A DNA stretch of 64,000 bases from Moniliella sp. 'wahieum' (taxonomy: Eukaryota): assembly GCA_003971905.1 (NCBI GenBank), contig RSEE01000042.1:124001-188000 (forward strand), read 5' to 3'. This document shows positions 25,370 to 37,490 of the stretch, piece by piece. Made by a program: the position numbers and the translations under genes. How positions within the stretch are numbered: position 1 is the stretch's first letter; each line of letters begins with the position of its first letter. The notes under the pieces are model-generated. The model was not told the origin of the DNA. It saw nothing but the letters and a program-made list of their open reading frames with translations, and did no database searches.

Positions 25370-27804
25370 ATGGCCGCCTACCATCCCCGCGCTCCACTGG
25401 CTCCTACGATGAAGGATCCTACGATGCCTATACCTCCCAGCACATTCTCTACCGTGACAGTCAACCTACCGAATTGGCCAGCCACGGTGCCTCTTCCATC
25501 TACTCAGCCTCCAGCGCGGGCCCCGACGACGCTGTGCAGTACACCCGTAATCGCACTAGATGGTCCAACACAGAAGCAGACAAAGATGTCGGTCCGGCAC
25601 CATTGGTCAGGGAAGGGGCTAACTACCCTCCCGGAAATGCTGGTATCGCGCCCCCGCCGATCGGAGGGGTGGGCGGGCCGGGTGACCCAGGCACTGGCTA
25701 TGCGGCTGCCCCTGGAGCGCCAGGCGTAAAGCCGATGCGAATGCCAACGCCAATGACGTTTTCTCCAAGCGCTACTGTGGCCGCAGCCTCCGTGGTGGGC
25801 GCGAAACTACGTCATCCTCGGCAGCTGTTACAACCTCACGAGGTGGCGTTTTGAAGGATCCCTCGACCGAACTTTCGGGGCTCTACTACACCGACATGGA
25901 TGATCTGGACGATGAGCTGCATCGGTTTGGGCCGGACGACTTTACGCACCAGAACAAGAATGGCGGTGGACTCAATACACGCGGGGTACTAAACATGACC
26001 ACGTTGGTGGTGCTCATCCTTGCGTTACTAATGTTGTTTGCCGGGTATCCCATCTTGACCGCCGTGCGAGACAAACACGACCATCTTGGTGGTTACGGAC
26101 CCGGGGGTACCAATGGATCGGGCCAATCGTCCAGCATCCCGGGTGTTCGCACTACTCTCATTGACCCGGACACGCCCCAGGACGCATACACGCGCCCGTC
26201 GGGCGTTGACCAGAGTACAATGCACCTCGTCTTTTCCGACGAGTTTGAAACGCCCGGCCGGAGCTTTTACCCTGGCGACGAGTAAGTAATGCTTTGGGTA
26301 TAATTGCAGTGCCCTCGTTTTTTGTCCATGATGGGAGAATGCTGACCTCTCTCGACTCGGCAGCCCCTTTTGGGAGGCCGTCGATCTGCACTACTGGGCC
26401 ACAAACAACTACGAGTGGTATGACCCGGCAGCTGTGACGACTGCCAATGGTGCGCTTCGAATCACCATCAGCCGGCATCCCGAACACAACCTCAACTTCC
26501 GTGGTGGGATGATCCAGTCGTGGAACAAGTTTTGCTTTACAGGGGGGGTGCTAGTTGCTAGTGTGCGTCTCCCTGGCAAAGCCAAGGCCTCAGGCCTGTG
26601 GCCTGCCATTTGGCTGATGGGCAACCTGGGTCGGGGAGGGTATGGCGCGACATTGGAAGGTACCTGGCCGTACAGCTACGATGCGTGCGATGTAGGCACT
26701 TTGCCCAACCAGACCAACCCGGTAACCAATGACCCCGACACATCCGCTTTGGGAAACTGTCCTTTTAACCAAAAGCACAGCAGCAAGTCTCTCTCTTTCT
26801 CCCGGGACAACGTTTGTCGGCCTGCACCTGCCCTGGAGACGATCATCCGGGGCCGCAGTTCCCCAATGGTTCCTACCCTGGCAGGATGGCTCCAGAGATT
26901 GATCTGTTTGAGGCCCAAGTCAACCAGCAAGAAGGGATGACGGTCTCTCAAAGCTGCCAGTTTGCCCCGTACAAGTGCGTCCTTCCTCCGTTTCCATATC
27001 TGATCTACCTGCATTTTCAAGAAACTGCGAGTAGTGTAGTGCGTACACTTTCCCAATGGGATTGACGCTGACATATCCGTTTGCTCTGGCAGTGCCTACT
27101 ACCGGCCGACCGCGAAACCCATGCTGTTGGACAACCGCACCATTGTCAACAGCTACACGGGCGAGCTAACGCAACAGAGCATGTCGGGGGTGACTCCCAC
27201 AGACCAGCAGGGTATGCAGTACCTGCCAGACCATTCTACTGGTACCTTTACTGAGTATGCGGTGGAGTACCAACCGGGTCAAGGGGGTCATGTGCAATGG
27301 TGGGCCAGTGGTACGCCCGCCTGGCGACTAACAGCAGACGGACTGGCTGCCGACCCCGTTTCTAAAATCTCTTCTCGCCCCGTGCCGCCGGAACCGCTGT
27401 ACATCCTAGCCAACGTGGGCATCTCGCAAAACTTTGGCACACCCTCCTGGAACAAACTAATTTGGCCCTCGTCGATGGAACTGGATTGGATCCGAGTGTA
27501 CCAGCCTGCAGGCAAGACCAACGTGGGCTGCGACCCGCCCGATTATCCTACTGCTGCCTACATCTCCCGACATCTAGAGGCGTATACCAATCCCAACTAT
27601 ACAGTGTGGGGCGAAGGAGGCTATGGGGCGGATTGGCCGCGCAACCGTTTAAACCCAGATGGGTGCAATGCCGTTCCTGCCAAAACTGCTGGCAGCCCGT
27701 CCAAGCCGATCCCCAAGGCGAAAATTTACCCTTCCAACGTCATCGGCAACGGACAACAACAGTGCCAGATCAATTCGTGGAACAAGGGGCAACAGCAGAA
27801 CTGA
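25370..27804 (+). CDS. KRE6: KRE6/SKN1-family beta-1,6-glucan synthesis protein (GH16, type II membrane protein), with introns
   Basis: RGVLNMTTLVVLILALLMLFAGYPI, LIDPDTP, LVFSDEFETPGRSFYPGD, GMIQSWNKFCFTGG, GLWPAIWLMGNLGRGGYGATLEGTWPYSYDACD, APEIDLFEA, DWIRVYQ..NVGCDPPDYPT. Confidence 0.95.
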
Positions 27805-28084
27805 TCAGCCCGCTTTCCTGATGTTTTGAGTACAGGCCCATTTCTCTGATTGATATATTTCTTTCCCTCTTACCTGCACAGGCATGCTCTCTTTACAGAG
27901 CGCCCACAGCTCAAGCGCTCACTGTTGAAGGAGGATGAGAATGAGGTGTTTCTGAGGAGAGGTACAGGAGGCTATGAGAAGGCTTGGGCCTTATATAGCC
28001 GAGGGTCCCGGAGAGCAGAAAGGGAGCGTCCGGGCAGTTAGATAAATCATCTCTTGACCAATAACGTGGAAGGGTACTATGATC

Positions 28085-28170
28085 GGGCGGATAGCTCAGT
28101 TGGTAGAGCGCACGCTTCGCATTTCACTTGCGCTTGTGTGAGGTCTGGGGTTCGATTCCCTATTCGTCCA
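28085..28170 (+). tRNA. tRNA-Ala(CGC) with ~13-nt intron
   Basis: GGGCGGA/TTCGTCC acceptor stem with G3:U70, TAGCTCAGTTGGTAGAGC D-arm, GGTTCGATTCC T-arm, T-run terminator. Confidence 0.93.
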
Positions 28171-28583
28171 ACTTTTTAATATTTTGTCGTACTCTCGATT
28201 GAGGAAGGCTCCCCACGTTTCCGTACTGCCCCAGCTACTGCTGCCCTTGATACCCTCAACAAGATCGGGAGGATCGACCTGAAGAGACAGACAAAACCAA
28301 AAGAAGTGCCCCCCGCCCCACCCGATCATCCTGGTCCCAGCCTGAGCCTTGCGGTCTGATCGATGATCCCACATTCTTTTTTCCCTTTACATTGGCAATG
28401 ATAACATACGAGAGCCCAGACTAGGCGTAGGGGAGTGTATTGGTTTGCGGCTAGCCGTTTCCCTGATACTCGCTCAGCTGATGCTCGCTCAGCGAGCGCT
28501 GAACTTCCAACAACTGCGGGTCTGCTGATTGCGAGTCGCGTTTTTGAGAAAGGATTGACTTCCTCAGAAGGATTACGTCAAAA

Positions 28584-28689
28584 GCACTCGTGATCAAGTG
28601 GTTAAGATGCAACTTTCCCATGCCTAGTGGGGCTCCAGCACGAGGAGCTAGCATAAGTTGTTGCCCGGGTTCGAATCCCGGCGAGTGCA
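28584..28689 (+). tRNA. tRNA-Gly(CCC) with ~34-nt intron
   Basis: GCACTCG/CGAGTGC acceptor stem, CAACT-TTCCCA..A-AGTTG anticodon arm, GGTTCGAATCC, T-run terminator. Confidence 0.9.
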
Positions 28690-29126
28690 CATTTTTTCGC
28701 TCAAGGTGAACCCTGTCGTTTTAATTTTACGGTGGCACGGTAAAACGGCAAGTACAGCCCCAGTTTGCGCCAGCTCCTGCACTATCAGTCCCCCTCCCTT
28801 TTGTTATCTTCCAGCTCTCTTCGAGCTTCCGCTAGAGCAATCGCAGTCGTCGGTACCAGGAGGTTGTTCCTGGCAGCTCGGGTCTCCTTTTTCCGACGGT
28901 GCTTACGGGCCCACAGATCCCTCCGCCAGTTGCCAAGAGCGCCCGTGTCGGCAACTGAAATGTCTCGTTGTGCGGAAGAGCAAAGGCGGAATTGACACTG
29001 GAAGGCACAATGAGATCATTTGGCGCGCGCGGCTGGCGCACCGCATTCGGGGCGAACCGCGTACGGAGCGAAATGTACAAGCCCATGTTCCAGTCCAGGT
29101 AGCCCCCCTTCCCACCACCTTTCCCC

Positions 29127-30164
29127 ATGGCCCGCAGCAAGCCCAGCCGTGCGTCGAAGGCAAGTGCGCCCGAGTCGGCCGCACCCTTCCCAAAGCAACC
29201 AAGAAGAGCAAAGGCACTTGCTCGTGCACGAGCTGGGGCCTCGCCTTCCTCGCTTTCTTGGGCGCGTTCGTCTTCGTTGCCGTTCCATGGCTGGAACGCA
29301 TCAAGGTATGTCCCAGCTGGCCCCTTCTCTCCGCTGTCACGCCCATGACCCTGATGCTAATACTGATACTGATGTACGCGAGCAGTCAAACCACTATGTG
29401 TTTGACCACGAGGCCATTTACGCCATGACCAGCCGTGCCGTCAAGGAGCACGGCAACTCAACTGAGGCCATCTTTGACGCCATCATCACCGAGCTGCGTG
29501 CCGACCCCAAGATTGGGCCCACGCTCAACAAAAATTCTTGGCGCCAGGAAGAGGAGTGGGTGTTCAACAATGCTGGCGGCGCAATGGGGTCGATGTTCAT
29601 TATCCACGCCAGCGTGACTGAGGTACGTCGATCGTCGATCGCCCATCTTTTGTTCTGCAACTCACATTTTCCTTTCCCCCCTTTCAGTACTTGATCTTCT
29701 TTGGAACGCCGATCGGAACCGAGGGCCACACTGGTCGCCACACTGTACGTCCCTTCCCCAAAGTTAGCAAGTGAAGCACACTAACTTGTTTCCGTCTCGC
29801 GCGCGCCAGGCTGATGATTACTTCAACATTCTCTGGGGTGAACAACGGGCCTACAAGGCTGGCGCGATCGAACCTGAGGTGTATCCCGCTGGATCTGTAC
29901 ACCACCTCCAGCGCGGCCAAGTCAAACAGTACATGATGCCCGAGAGTGGCTGCTGGGCTTTGGAGTTGGCCCAGGGCTGGATCCCGCCCATGCTGCCATT
30001 TGGTTTTGCAGACGTGATCTCCTCTACGCTGGACTTCCCCTCTTTCTACTACACGGCTGTCATCACGGCCCGCGAGATGATTGGCAACTTGCTCCAGGGT
30101 ACGTCGTGCGCCTCGTTCTTTATCTGGTGCTTAGAATACTGACTCGATCGTAGGCAAATTCTGA
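29127..30164 (+). CDS. ERG2: C-8 sterol isomerase (ERG2/sigma-1 family), four introns
   Basis: [54 protein letters not shown]...[20 protein letters not shown]. Confidence 0.97.
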
Positions 30165-30977
30165 GTCCCCTGGGCGGCAAAGGGAGAGGGCTCATGCTCA
30201 CCGACCCTTTACTCAAAAACACTGCACGATCCATCTTTTTGGCAATTGCATTCTGACTGTATGCTCAGCAAACCCATGTTCCCCCGCAATATCTCCGACT
30301 TGCCCAACAACAGGATTCAATGAAGGAGATACACAGGCCAGTATAGTCAGTCCATTTGCGGGAACTTCAACGTACACAACGTATTTGCTAAAACCCCCAC
30401 GCCTCACCCTCTCCGATATTCTTTTCGCACTTGGATCAAAAGCCTACCCTTGCCTTGAATCTAATCACCCCTTGGGCAGTCAATTGTGTTGGATGGCGTA
30501 TGGCGCGAGATGAATAAATACAGTCCGCATAGGATCGTTGCAGTTGCATGGGGCGCGCAGCTTGGCCTTTTTGTCCTTTCCTCTACGATCGACTCGGTCT
30601 CTCGCTTACTGCTCTGCTCTTCGATCCACTCGTAACGTCGTTCCCGCTCACCATTGCGACGGGCGCCACTAGGACCTAGTCCGACGAAAGGAGTGGCGAA
30701 ACGATACCCTTGAAGAGAAGGGCGACGCGCGACGCGTCCAACGCGACGCCTCGACCCCCCACTCGACCGGTGACCGGTGTCCCTCCAGGCAGCCAATCCT
30801 GGTGGCTCCATTGAAATGTTCATACGTCGCGTCGCGCAGCTAGGGTTGGGGCGCTTGGACGCGTCTGAGCCGCGGGGGCACCATTCCCTCGATCCGAGTG
30901 CTTGCCACCAGATTCGATTCCACGCCATCCCAGAGCCCCCATCCAGCTGCTCCTACACCTCTCCCCTCTCCCCCTCC

Positions 30978-33900
30978 ATGGCGCCCTCGGCTACCTCCAT
31001 GCATTCTGGCCAGGTCGACGCGGTGCAGAGCGCCAAGCGCCGCCGTTTTGCAGCGCCCAGCGCCTCCCAAAACCCATCATTTGCTGACCACCTCGTCGCG
31101 CTCGACACTGGCGGTGCGTCCTCCTCCCCGGTTGCGGTCCAATCGGTGCTTGTGCTGTTCTGACCCAACCCTCGTAGCCCAGACCTGGTCTCGCCCTGAG
31201 TTATCCAATTTTGACCCCGACACAACTGCCCTAAGTACGTCGCCGACCTCCTGTGTGAGCCGCGCTGATCCCTCCTCCCCCCTGCCTCTCCACAGTCTTC
31301 CAGCAGATCGACATTGAGGAGTACACTCAGCCCTCGTCCCCGCCCAGCATCCGCATATACGGTGTAACCCAAGAGGGGCACTCGGTTCTCGTCCATGTCC
31401 ACGGCTTCCTCCCCTACTTTTACGTCCATGCCCCGCGTGGGTTCCGGCAGGAGACCTGTGCTGCCTTCCGCAACCAACTCAATGTATGTCCCCTCCTCTT
31501 CCCTACACACCCCTTTGCATTGTGCGCACTGGCTAACTTCGTTCCCAGACTACCCTCGGCTTCGCTGGCGTCGTTTCGGTCGAGCTAACGTCGAAACGGT
31601 CATTGATGGGCTACCTCGGTTCGGAGCAAGTAGCCTTTCTCAAACTCACCATGGCCGACACGCGCTGCTTGCCCAAATTACGGAGCCACTTTGAGCGCGG
31701 CGAGGTTGCTTTCCGTGACCTCTTTCCGCCGGGGACGAGGTGCTAACGTACGAGAATATTGCCTATCCACTGCGCTTCATGATCGACTGCCACATTGTTG
31801 GGATGAATTGGCTCGAGATCTCTGCGGGCCGGTACACACTTCTCCCCGATCAAGAAAAGCGTCGACTGTGCAGATCGAAGTTAGCTGTACTTTTGATGCC
31901 GTTATCTCGCATGCACCTGAAGGCGAGTGGTCTAAGATTGCGCCCTTGCGGATTATGAGCTTTGATATCGAGTGTGCCGGGCGTAAGGGAATTTTCCCCC
32001 AAGCTGAGTTGGACCCGGTAATCCAGATTGCGGCAATGGTCACTCGCCAGGGAGAGCCGACACCGTTTGTCAAGAATATTTTCACACTCAATGAGACGGC
32101 CAACATTGTTGGCTCGGATGTGCGCAGCTTTGATTCGGAGAAGGTCATGCTGGAGGAGTGGGCACGCTTTGTGCAAGAGGTGGACCCTGACATGGTCATT
32201 GGTTACAACACGTCTAACTTTGATTTCCCTTATCTTGTCGATCGGGCCAAAGCTATCAAGGCGACCCAGTTCCCTTACCTTGGTAGGGAGAGGAACACTC
32301 GCACCGAGGTCAAAACCACCCACTTTTCCTCCAAGGCTTATGGCACGAGGGACAACAAGCTGACTGAGCTCAAGGTCGCCTGCAATTGGATATGCAGGTC
32401 ATGCAACGGGACTACAAGTTGCGTTCCTACACCCTCAATTCAGTCTCCTTTGAATTTCTCGGTGAGCAAAAAGAAGATGTGCACCATTCACTCATTACGG
32501 AACTTCAAAATGGAGGACCAGAAAGCCGTCGGCGCTTGGCCATTTACTGTTTGAAAGATGCGTATCTTCCCCAGAGGCTGATGGACAAGCTCATGTGCTT
32601 CATCAACTACATTGAATGGCCCGTGTGACCGGTGTTCCGTTTAATTACCTTCTTTCTCGCGGGCAGCAGATCAAGGTTATCAGCCAGCTCTTCCGCAGGC
32701 GAATGCCTCAGGCTACATCGTGCCCAGTCTCAAGTCAGCATCAAGCGATGAGCAGTACGAGGGCGCGACGGTGCTCGAACCCAAGCAGGGCTACTATGAC
32801 CGCCCTATTGCAACACTTGATTTTGCCTCGCTGTATCCTTCTATCATGATGGCACACAATCTGTGTTATACGACTCTCCTAACCAAGTCGACGATTGAGC
32901 GGCTGCACCTCCAAGAGGGGAAGGATTATGTTGTGACACCCAACAAGAACTGTTTTGCTACTTCGAGTCTCCGCAAGGGTCTGCTCCCGACGATTTTAGA
33001 GGACCTGCTTTCAGCCCGTAAGCGGGCCAAGGCCGACCTGAAAAAGGAGACGGACCCGTTCAAGCGGGCTGTGCTGGACGGACGACAACTGGCACTCAAA
33101 GTTTCGGCCAACTCCGTATATGGCTTTACCGGGGCGACGGTGGGCAAGCTACCGTGTCTGGAGATCTCCATGTCGGTTACCGCGTATGGACGACAAATGA
33201 TTGATGCGACCAAAAAGGAGGTGGAGCAGCACTACACCATTGCTAATGGCTACGACACGATGCCGAGGTTATATATGGCGATACCGACTCGGTCATGGTC
33301 AAGTTTGGTGTGCCAGACCTTGAAACGGCGATGCGGCTGGGGGCTGAGGCGGCAGAGCGGGTGAGCCAAACGTTCATCAACCCGATTAAGCTGGAATTCG
33401 AGAAGTCTACTTCCCCTACCTTTTAATCAACAAGAAGCGGTATGCGGGGCTCTACTGGACTCGCCCTGAGAAGTACGACAAGATGGATACCAAAGGTATC
33501 GAAACGGTCCGCCGAGACAACTGTCGTTTGGTCCAGATTGTCATTGAAACTTGTCTGCGGAAGATGTTGATTGACCGGGACGTGGCAGCAGCCGAGGCCT
33601 ATGTTAAACAGGTCATTTCCGACCTGCTGCAAAACAAAATTGACCTCTCTCTGTTGATCATCTCCAAAGCATTGGCCAAAGCCGACTATGCTGCCAAGCA
33701 GGCCCATGTTGAGCTGGCTGAGCGGATGCGCAAGCGCGACCCGGGTTCTGCGCCCTCCTTGGGCGACCGTGTCCCCTACGTGATCGTTAAGGGTGCAAAA
33801 GGTGTATCCCCACTTCACCTCCATTGGCCTCTCCTAACATCCTACCTTCCTCAGGCGCGGCTGCGTACGAAAAATCGGAAGACCCGCTGTACGTCCTGGA

Positions 33901-34435
33901 GCACAGCATCCCCATCGACACACGCTACTACCTCGACAACCAGTTATCCAAGCCCCTGATGCGGATTTTCGAGCCGATCATGGGTAGTCGCTCGGGCTCC
34001 CTCTTGAGTGGGCACCACACCCGAAACGTGCAACAAGTCACATCAAGTGTCGGAGCACGATGAAGTTCGCCGTCAAGACAGCGCAGTGTCTAGGCTGCCG
34101 CACGGCGCTGCCCAAATCGGCGGGACAGTTTCCTGTCTGTCAAAATGTCTTCCCGGATCGATGAGATTTATGCGGAGCGGTTGGAGAAGCAAGCTCTGCT
34201 GGAAGTGGAGTTCGCTCGGCTGTGGACTTGCTGCCAACGCTGCCAGGGATCCGTGACCCAGACGTGATTTGTACCAACAATGACTGCCCGATCTTCTTCA
34301 ACGGTACGCCTCCTCGCCTCCGTTGTTGCGCTCGAGCTTGGAACTAACCCCCCCCCCTCCCTTAGGAAACGCGCTCAGAAGGACTGCGAAGAGGCGGCAA
34401 GCGTGATGAACCGGTTCGACCAACATGCGTGGTAA
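30978..34435 (+). CDS. POL3: DNA polymerase delta catalytic subunit (family B), multi-exon, frameshifted in assembly
   Basis: [94 protein letters not shown]-terminal Cys motifs. Confidence 0.98.
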
Positions 34436-34717
34436 AGCCAGTAAGGCCTCATCATCCCGACTGGCTTGTGGCGGATGCGGTGAGCCCGCATTTTGTCTGC
34501 CACCGCCCTGGATCGCAAGTAAGAAGGGCTATTGTCTCTTCCCCAACTACCATTGGCCCGTGCTTTGAAGCTGTACAGTCTGCTCGTGAAGCTATACAAT
34601 CCTTTTAGTGTGAATATATAAGGAGCTTGTTCCGCAGTATTCACGAGCGTCGTGACGCATGACGGGTGTTGGTTACGATAAGCCATGCCTTCACGTTTTA
34701 ATTAACGACAATCACAA

Positions 34718-34810
34718 GCTTCAATGGGTTAGTGGTATACTACATCGTTGCCAGACAGCCCAGTGTCTGTGAGACGTCGATGTGACAGGGGTTCGATTCC
34801 CTTTGAAGCA
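34718..34810 (+). tRNA. tRNA-Gly(GCC) with intron
   Basis: GCTTCAA/TTGAAGC acceptor stem, CATCG-TTGCCA..T-CGATG anticodon arm, GGTTCGATTCC. Confidence 0.9.
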
Positions 34811-36299
34811 TACTTTTGCAAGGTTCTTCGAAGTTGAGCCGGTACCCGTTTTTGCTCACGACTGGAACACTGGCTCGAGCTTGACGTGCAACGAGGTATT
34901 CCCATTTTGGAAACGAAAGTTGCCCTGGGCTCTCTCCGGTCATGCTCAATGCCACCCACCATGAAGCTCACGAGTAGGCTGTTACGAGATCTTGGCGGTT
35001 TCAGCCCATGTCAGTCACTATATGACCGCCTGCAGCTCAATGCGAAAACTGATTTACTTTGAGATGGTTGCCTATGAAAACAGGGTGCACTTGACATTTT
35101 TTTTGCCAATCTTCGTTCCTGCACTTCCGATCGCCAAAGCCCGCCGGCCTAGCGTCAGAGACGAGATATCCGCGGTTACAGTACAGCCACCCGCGCATTG
35201 TTGCTATGGTATCGCCCCTCCAACGTGGAGCGGTGGAACGGTGTGGCTACGGTGCCAGCGATGGTTGCCCCCAGCACCAAGCTGGGGAGAAGCCCCAGCT
35301 GACCGTGCCGTAGGCCCGGTGGTCTCCTAATTTTTTATTGTCCCAGCCTTAAGCTCTGTCAATGATATGGTGTAGTATAGAAATATTCTCCATTGCATGA
35401 CAACCAAGTCAATGAAGGGGGGCCGTTTGTCCTGACCATCATGCACATCTTGACTGTTTTAGGTGTTGAACCAAAGAGATGCTGACTACTAGGCGGCCAA
35501 AGCCGCCAAAACTGTCGGCCACGATAAGGTGTGAGTATGGGTAGCCGCAGCGAAGTCATAGCTGAAGAACCAGCGAGATGAGGCGGAGAGTGGGAGGGAG
35601 AGGGAGAAGGAGAAGGAGTATAGAACGTATCATTTGATATACCAATAAATTCTGAGAAAGCATATAGTTGTAGAGAAACGAGATGGGAGAGAGAGGAATG
35701 AAGAGAGGCGCCAAGTATGTGCAGGGAGGAAACGGTGAGAGGGGGCATCTGGTATTCTATACCCTGGGGCAGACACCTTTTCGATGTATATATTGACTGG
35801 GGACAGTCGTCAGAGTTACTAGGCCTCTATGGCATAGTGGTAGAGGGAGCACAGGTGAAGGTCTGAAGTAGTGCCCAGCCAATGTCCACAGGCCTCTCGA
35901 CACAACAGAACTCGGATTCCGGTGGCGGAAATGTATCCTACGTCAGAGCGTATTATGTCCCTTCTACGGGTGTTAACAGGCGCACATGGGACCGTGAGGT
36001 CCAGTGCTCTCCCCGCCATCGTCGGCGTGTGGTCCAAGGATAGAGGTACCTGTAAGAGTCGGGCGATACGAGTAAGAACAAGTACCAAGTGAAGCAAAGG
36101 ATGCACTGGTAGAGAAGGGAGAACAGGATCGGCGGGAAGAGCGGTGAGAAGATTTTCCTGATTCATAACTAAGAGGACAGTGACATTATCCTCATCCCCC
36201 ATGAGGGAGGGAAAAAAAGCCAGGCACAGGAAAAAGGGGAAGGAGGGGAACGGGGACAAGGCAGAGACAAAAAGGGAGAAACCAGGAGGCCGGAATCAA

Positions 36300-37490
36300 G
36301 TTGGGGGGGAAGAAGGGGGGGAGTTCGGGCGCGGGGGGGGGGGGCGAGCCAGGGAGCGGCGCATGGCGCGCAAGCGGGCTGCGGTGATAGGCTTCTCAGG
36401 TGGGCGGAGTGGAAGCGAACCACGACGGGGTACGTGGGGAACAAGCGGCCGGCCGGTAACCATTCCTGCTCCGCGTGTGGGCGGTCTCGGTAACGGACGA
36501 AGAACTGCAATGGCCCCCGCGCCCTGCTCGGCGGGCGTCAAGAATGTGTTCCACTTCCAGCGCCACCCGAACGGGGTCCTAACCGTAGCGGCCTGTCGCG
36601 GCGGGGGAGTAATCAAGGCCGGGCACGGCACCCTCTTGGCAGGCCTGCAGACGGGAGACGTGGAAAACATCGTGGATATGGTAGAAGGGGGGAGGCGCAA
36701 CTTGTAGGTTGCCGGTCCTACCGCTCGGTCCACTGGGAAGGACCCAAAAAGCGGTGGTCCAGCGCACCAGAGGGGCGCGAGCCACCCAAAAACGGTCTCG
36801 GCGCACAAGCACGGCAGTTCCCGGCTCATAGGTGGGGCCCTTCAAGCGGTGCCGGTCGGCCAGGCATTCGTAACGGGCCTGGGCAGCGCGAAGCGATTCG
36901 CTCGCAGTCTCCCCGGGATCTTGGAGAGAGCGAACGAAATCCTCGGCCCGTGGGACCAAAGAGCCGACCGCGTGTATCTCCCCGCGGTTCCCTGCCGTGA
37001 TCCAGGTAGAAGGGGGAGAAGCCGGTACCAGAGTGCGTGGGAATTGTAAGCCAATTGAGCCACGGGCCGGAGAAGATGAGACCAATTGTCCTGGTCGTGG
37101 TAGAGGTAGCAACGCAGGTACTGTTCCAGGATCTGGTTGACCCGCTCCGTCTCATCGTTGCTCTGGGGATGGTAGGCGGAGCTGAGGCTAGACCGTATAC
37201 GCCCATCTGTTGGCACCACACTGCTAGAAACGGCTGGTGAAAGTAGGCCCGCGATCGCTGACGATGTCGACCCGCAGCCCGTGGTAGCTGACGAGAGAAG
37301 CGAATGAATTGGCCCGCCAACACCTCGGCGTCGTCCGACGTATGAGCGAGGATGAACACGGCAGCGTTGGTGAAGCGGTCGACCACCACGAGGATGACGT
37401 CGTAGTCACCGGAGCGCAGCAGCTGGGTGATGTGGTCCATGGACAGGTGGGACCATGGGGCGCACGGGACCAGGAGGGGCTGCAAAATGA
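36300..37490 (-). mobile_element. Ty3/gypsy chromovirus pol fragment (integrase + chromodomain), degenerate
   Basis: LQPL..P.APWSHLSMDHITQL..SGDYDVILVVVDRFT, IVSDRG..FTSRF, SSAYHPQSNDETERVNQILEQYLRCY, YKLRLP...IHDVFHVSRL, chromodomain FVRYRDRPHAEQEWLP. Confidence 0.92.

Noticed and set aside
30978..34435. Many frameshifts in POL3, RPL30, RPL37, VMA10, PEX5, KRE6 and others, read as pseudogenes, programmed frameshifting or RNA editing
   Set aside because: They affect essential genes indiscriminately, motifs are intact on both sides and I saw no consistent slippery site. Uncorrected sequencing or assembly indels are the simplest explanation; read polishing would confirm.
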